Assembly (NCBI GenBank): GCA_046262595.1
Contig: JBHEMM010000001.1
Location: 53,999 to 79,852, forward strand
From: Vulcanimicrobiaceae bacterium
GTDB lineage: Bacteria > Vulcanimicrobiota > Vulcanimicrobiia > Vulcanimicrobiales > Vulcanimicrobiaceae
Direction: 5' to 3'
DNA length: 25,854 nucleotides
Shown here in pieces: positions 24,717 to 25,854 of this stretch (position 1 is its first letter; every line of letters begins with the position of its first letter). A program made the translations under genes and the position numbers. The notes beneath the pieces were generated by a model, which was not told where the DNA came from, did not search any database, and saw only the letters and a list, made by a program, of their open reading frames with translations.

Positions 24717-25854
24717 GTGCCAGAGTCCGTATCTCTCGAGATCGGCGGGCGCACGATGGTCATCGAAACGGGCGAACTAGCCAAGCAGGCCAACGGCTCT
24801 GCTTTAGTCCGCTATGGCGACCAAAATGTCGTGCTCTGCGCCGTCACCGCCTCCGGAAAGCCCCGTGAAGGCATCGACTTCTTTCCCCTCACGTGCGATT
24901 TCGAAGAAAAAATGTACGCTGCGGGCAAAATTCCCGGCGGCTACATCAAGCGCGAAGGCCGCCCGCCCGAGCACGCGGTGCTCAGCTCGCGCCAGATCGA
25001 TCGGCCGATCCGTCCGCTCTTCCCCGACGGCTTCCGCAATGACGTCCAAGTCGTCGCCACGGTGCTCTCGGTCGATCCCGAGCTCGACGCCGACGTCCTC
25101 GGCGTGTGTGCGGCAGGCGCCGCGCTTGCGTTTTCCGACATTCCGTTTGACAAGACAGTCGCCGCAGTGCGCGTCGGACGCGATGAAGACGGCAAATACA
25201 TCTGCAATCCGACGCTTCCTGAATATGTCACCGGCGGCATGGATATCGTCATCGCCGGAACCGCCGACGCCGTGATGATGGTCGAAGGCGGCGGCAACGA
25301 AATCAGCGAGGAAGACTTCCTGGGCGCAGTTGAATTCGCCCATGCGGAGATCAAGAAGATCGTCGCCGCGATCAACAAACTCGCAAAAAAAGTCGCAAAG
25401 CCCAAACGTGAGTTTCCGCTGCTCAAGCCGAACGCCGACTTGGACAAGTGGGTGCGCAAGACGTTTGCCAAGGACGTCGCCAAAGGCATGCGCGTCACCG
25501 AGAAGCATGCGCGCGAAGCCGAGCTCGACAAAATTTCGAGCGCCGAAGCGCTTGCACGCGCCGGCAAAGACGAGAAAATCGCAGCGCTTCTGCAAGATCC
25601 GCTGCTTGCCAAGGACTTCAGCAAAATCGTCAAATCGATGGAAGAGGACGAGCTGCGTTCGATGGTCGTGGACGAAAAGATCCGTCCCGACGGCCGCAAA
25701 GCCGACGAAATTCGATCGATCTGGTCGAAAGTGCGTTACGTTCCGCGCGTTCACGGCTCGGCCGTCTTCACGCGTGGGCAGACGCAGGCGTTCTCGGTTG
25801 CCGCGCTCGGCACCACGCGCGATGAGATGCGGCTTGACACGCTCGGCCTCGAGA
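24717..25854 (+). CDS. pnp: Polyribonucleotide nucleotidyltransferase (PNPase), 3'-truncated by window edge
   Basis: SD AGGAGA (24705-24710), GTG 24717. Translation MPESVSLEIGGRTMVIETGELAKQANGS...DFFPLTCDFEEKMYAAGKIPGGYIKREGRP...RQIDRPIRPLFP...RPDGRKADEIR...HGSAVFTRGQTQ. Confidence 0.98.
   Translation, partial: MPESVSLEIGGRTMVIETGELAKQANGSALVRYGDQNVVLCAVTASGKPREGIDFFPLTCDFEEKMYAAGKIPGGYIKREGRPPEHAVLSSRQIDRPIRPLFPDGFRNDVQVVATVLSVDPELDADVLGVCAAGAALAFSDIPFDKTVAAVRVGRDEDGKYICNPTLPEYVTGGMDIVIAGTADAVMMVEGGGNEISEEDFLGAVEFAHAEIKKIVAAINKLAKKVAKPKREFPLLKPNADLDKWVRKTFAKDVAKGMRVTEKHAREAELDKISSAEALARAGKDEKIAALLQDPLLAKDFSKIVKSMEEDELRSMVVDEKIRPDGRKADEIRSIWSKVRYVPRVHGSAVFTRGQTQAFSVAALGTTRDEMRLDTLGLE

Noticed and set aside
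1..25854. CRISPR arrays, IS elements, prophage or defence genes, tRNA/rRNA
   Set aside because: None seen. Intergenic gaps are mostly under 130 nt and contain no repeat-spacer pattern or terminal inverted repeats.

Overview
GC-rich, very gene-dense bacterial chromosomal segment with mostly housekeeping and metabolic genes. Gene style suggests a Terrabacteria lineage such as Eremiobacterota/Vulcanimicrobiota; this is an impression, not a tested assignment. Contents in order: the 3' part of a nucleoside/sugar (CUT2-type) ABC transporter operon; a class A beta-lactamase-fold serine hydrolase; ilvE; a YVTN-propeller/phosphoesterase + COG4280-like membrane protein + 57-aa membrane protein + fdhD cluster; a polX - alpha/beta hydrolase - PAS histidine kinase operon, divergent from a degenerate ABC-ATPase-like gene and its membrane partner; DJ-1/PfpI, an HTH protein, a Rieske protein, an SDR and a HotDog thioesterase; an APC permease, a small Cys-rich protein and an HSD10-like SDR; a frameshifted CoA-transferase remnant; rpsO; an orphan PqqD/RRE gene; split transketolase; ggt; and the 5' part of pnp (missing from the ORF track). 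I saw no CRISPR array, transposase, tRNA or rRNA. Most notable hidden signals: (1) a recurring GG...(G/A)AA element (20-21 nt from first G to first base of the triplet) about 10 nt before the start codon of most operon-leading genes, resembling SigH-type promoters that would give leaderless mRNAs; (2) a perfect three-way-junction RNA between rpsO and the orphan pqqD, which hides a strong SD for a 32-codon ORF; (3) a catalytically degenerate ABC ATPase coupled to a membrane gene. All three are hypotheses from manual reading.
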